The notes under the pieces: model-generated
The model's input: the letters and a program-made list of their open reading frames with translations, nothing else
What the model was told of the DNA's origin: nothing
Databases searched by the model: none
Made by a program: the position numbers and the translations under genes
Source of the DNA: Marsupella aquatica
Lineage: Eukaryota; Plantae; Marchantiophyta
NCBI GenBank assembly: GCA_973895155.1
Contig: OZ316896.1
Span: forward strand, 21,334,152-21,398,151
Direction of reading: 5' to 3'
DNA: 64,000 bases
Shown: positions 60,230 through 64,000 of the stretch, piece after piece
Numbering within the stretch: position 1 is the stretch's first letter
How the letters are laid out: each line of letters opens with the position of its first letter

Positions 60230-63200
60230 TCAGGGCATGGCGGCAAGTTGCTGGATGTTAATGGGGCTAATAGCTGAGGTTGGGCCTGAGAAAAAAGCTG
60301 ATGCAATCTGTGCGTTCACAGCATCAGTGGGATGAAAGGGATCCCAGAAGAGATATGCATCTCTCTGTGGGCATGGTCTTATTCCAGTAACGCAAGGGAT
60401 TTGCCCATTATATTTGCCGAATCCACAACACCCTACGTTGACATTTATAAGACCTGTAATGAAAACCTCAGATCAGTCAGCTCTCTGCGCAGATTGTATT
60501 TAAAAGACCTGATTTTAGCCAGAGCTCTAACCAGCTACATTCTTATGCCGGTATGGTATTGAGGTTCATAATAAATTCCATGCAAGTCAAGCTCATAACA
60601 GAACTACCGGTAGTACAAAGAAGACACCAGTTATGTTCTTTTTAGATCAAATGACTCATTCTTCACTAGTTTAATGAAAGCCAGCTCTCCAGACTTCGAA
60701 GAGCCAAACAGTACGTACGTGCCTCAGAAAATCAGCTTATTTCTATCACATCGTGGCCTTCAAAGGTGAGTTAAGACTCAGCAACTCGAAGCAATTAAGA
60801 ACAATTGAAGGACCGAATTGAGGGTGATTCGAACTTGGAAAATGTCATCTTACCATAACTGGCGGGACGGAGTATTTTGTCCATAACCAGGTCGTAAGCA
60901 TTACCATAAACAAATGTGGATCCTGGTAGCTGCACAGTAAGCGTATTCAGGAGGAAGCTCAACGCCCTGTTGAAGCCCTGTACGTAACCATTGATGTAGT
61001 CAACGCAAAGTCCGTCTTGGACGTTGCTCTGAGCAAGCTGCGATGGTATACACCCGAGTGGGCCTACGTTGAACACTGTGATCTTCCGAGCTCCCCAGTT
61101 GTAGAGTAGCTGGTGGGGAACGCAGTTCACGAGAAATGTGCAAGCCAATAAGCCATTTTGCCACAGCTAATCAGGGCCTTCCTAATCCGGGCCAGGCCAA
61201 ATTGGCACTGAAAGGAGGCATCCAAACATATGTACGTACCTAGTATCCACATCTGAACATCATTTTAAAGAAAATTAGAAGCCATTCTAAAGAGGTAGGT
61301 AGGCAGCCAGGAGGTAAAAGGAGATCATTCTGCTTACCGTGAGCTGTCTGGAAATCTCAGCTATCAAGTAGTCTTCGTACTGCTGAGGTGTGTACTGCGG
61401 TTGTGTCGGAGAATCCGGAAGCAGATAGTTGTTGATGTAATCGTTGCTCCCAATTGCAAAGAAGTAGAGGGACTTTTGAAATAGTTGTGCAGCAGAAGTA
61501 GGAGTTAACAGCTGCTGAATCTGAGACTGGGTATTTTGGAAAAACTGTAACTGAGTGTTCATTGATATACGACCAATCTGCAGGTTCAGCACCAAAGTTA
61601 GAGTGTTCATTGATATACGACCAATCTGCAGGTTCAGCACCAATGTTAGAGTGTTCATTGATATACGACCAATCTGCAGGTTCAGAACCAAAGTTAGAAA
61701 ACTTGGTGAAACTGGAATTTTGTAGGGTGGTCCTCTAGCTGGTTCCTATTATTTTAGTTGTATATAATGTTTCTAGACATAACGCCACCTTAGTCGTGTC
61801 GTTGGACCTAGTCCCCAAGACTTGTGTGTCCTTGCTAGCTTTCCTCTTTGATATCTATTTCCACTGTAAAATCTTTGAAATGGGGTTCTGTACCGAACAT
61901 CTAGTCAATGACGTACTTACCTCAGGTTAGTTGCCATCGATCCAACCTGCAGTCTTCACATCACTTGGCTACGTTTACTTAGAAGGGTTTTAATGATGAC
62001 TAAGGGTCACGTGCCAAACTCCGATGCTCGTGGTGGGTTCGCAATTTTGCGACTTCCTTGTGAAACACCGTTACATCTATGACCCAAGTGGTTTCGTCTT
62101 GCAACTTTATCTCAACATGCACGTCTTGAACAGACGCGTCAAGCAATCACTAGGTCTCAAGAAATAGGCTAACTACATAACATGTCTGGAATGCTGTTTT
62201 CGGGTGTCTGATGGTCAAACAACTAAATTTTTAAACTCCAGGCAAGGTGAAAAGATGCTTTTAATATTAAACTTACTACGTTAATAATTAAGTCTATGTC
62301 GTTACGGGGGAACAAAACCAAACACTGGCAGAGAAATTCAATAGAGCTGGTCACGAGCGAGGGTGTAGAGTCAATGGATGATCAGACTGAGTGTACTAGC
62401 TTATTCAAATAGATCGACTCTAATTCAACTACCGTTGTGCAACATCTTTCTTCGCAGAGACAGCAGTAACTCGCAACTCAGACAAGGCAAACATCATTGC
62501 ATTGGGGATTAATTTGTCCCCTGGAAGTTCACCATTTATGACAAGCGTTTGACACGTAACTTTTAATTACTCGATAGTTGCTAGGCGTGCAAAATTTTCT
62601 GGGGAGTGTGATACAGACGTACGCACATAGTTGGCTCCTGTACCGTCGAGAATCCCAGCAGCTGCTGACGCATAGTTGACACCTTGTAGGATGGCGAGCC
62701 CTCGAGTTGTTGGTGCCAAGTAAGCCGGAACGAAAGGCAGGTTCATCAGTTGAGCTGGTTAAACGACGGGAGACAGCTCGTTAGAATCGATCTCGAAAAT
62801 TTGAACACCCTTATTTCAACCACCAACTAATTATAAATTTTTCCTGGAAGAACCATGTCAATCTATGGCTGTAATGAATGGAAATGAAGGGAAATAAAGA
62901 TACAGATTGACGTATTTCATAGAGCCACTGAGTCTATGTACAGAATGTCCTCGAACAGAATGTGCTCAAAACAATTAGAATTTGGAAGCAGTCTTGATAG
63001 ATAATCTTGGAAGAAGAAAATGAGATCATCATGGCATGAGGTAAGTCCCGTACATACGACGTCTGATACCGTTCGGCCATTACAGAATCTCCCTGTAGCC
63101 TGACCATTTGGGAAGTCTATACCGTTGGGATAAAAATTAGACCGCGCGATGGTCGGAATGTAATTGTTGTTGCCGGGGTCAACCAGTGAGTCCCCAAACA

Positions 63201-63291
63201 CAAACACGGCAGGCATGAGAGGAGGCACTTGCGCTCCGATTAGCATACAACTGTGCACCACGATCACCGTGGTAATCAACAACAGCGCCAT
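60230..63291 (-). CDS. GDSL esterase/lipase, copy 2. Exons 63291-63054, 62754-62627, 61577-61338 (alternative acceptors at 61625 and 61673), 61109-60854, 60453-60230
   Basis: Same motifs (FVFGDSLVDPGNN, GVNYASAAAGIL, GSNDYINNY, FWDPFHPT). Exon lengths are identical to copy 1 (238, 128, 240, 256, 224). Confidence 0.95.
61552..61697 (-). repeat. 48-bp tandem triplication spanning the intron 2/exon 3 junction of GDSL copy 2
   Basis: Minus strand: CTAACTTTGGT(T/G)CTGAACCTGCAG|ATTGGTCGTATATCAATGAACACT occurs three times. Confidence 0.95.
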
Positions 63292-64000
63292 CGGCTAAAG
63301 TCTTCCTGATGATCAAAACCACTGCAGATTCCACCACAGCTCAATCCAACGAGACTATATAAGTGGTCATGGGGAGTGGTCATGGGGAGTTGCCCAGAAC
63401 TTCAACCTAACATTATAACTCGTTTGTGAGTTCCACCACGATATCATAGATTGATTCTGCTAGATGTGCAATCCTTGGGTTCTCAGAAGAGGGCCATATC
63501 AAAGAGGTCGAGTCTGTACCATATATACAAAACTTTCCAAACCAGTTCAACAAGTGTCTAGATTTAAGGGTTACCGACGATATTGATCTTTACTTGTTTG
63601 AATGTGCTTCTTTTGCCTGACACATACGGTACACACATGGTGAAACCGACCGACTGTAACAATAGGGCAATTCGACTTCAAGTTGAGGGCCGGTCGATCC
63701 AGCAAGACGGCCTGGTACAGCAAGAGAAACTTGCTGAAGGGAGAAGAATCAAATGCTGCGAACTAGATACAGGTACAACATCATTGTTCCATAAATAAAT
63801 AGAGGAGTACTGATTGTTGCTGCATTGGATGTTAAAAACTAACTTGTTACTGTAGCCCCATCTTGTACTGTACGATTCTCATCTCCAGCATATTTTGAGA
63901 AAAGTCGGATCTTACGGAAGTACCGTAGTTTCAACATCGTATTGAAGGGGAAAATATTATGTCCATTGGTTCCAGCGGCCAGACAAGCTTGTTAGCAGGC

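Overview
Eukaryotic, land-plant nuclear DNA with GT-AG introns and repeat-rich intergenic space. Gene content and style suggest a seed-free plant such as a liverwort or other bryophyte; this is inference. Six protein-coding loci are supported: (1) a BAT1-like amino-acid/GABA permease, intronless as far as visible and running off the left edge (-); (2) an intronless 408-aa orphan protein with a Pro-rich linker (-); (3) an intronless ATN1-like Raf-type kinase (-); (4) a CLASSY/DRD1-family SNF2 remodeller (+), reconstructed as 6 exons and 1250 aa; (5, 6) two tandem 5-exon GDSL esterase/lipases (-). The intergenic space holds a MULE-like MITE family with 11-bp TSDs, many minisatellites and decayed ORFs. 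It also holds a non-autonomous element family bounded by the same 8-bp direct repeat TGCTATAT, a Replitron-like architecture. The most notable structural findings are this direct-repeat element family, a 48-bp triplication of a complete 3' splice site in one GDSL gene, and duplicated exons plus identical donor sites in the CLASSY gene. No rRNA, tRNA or CRISPR arrays were seen. All family assignments come from remembered motifs, not database searches.
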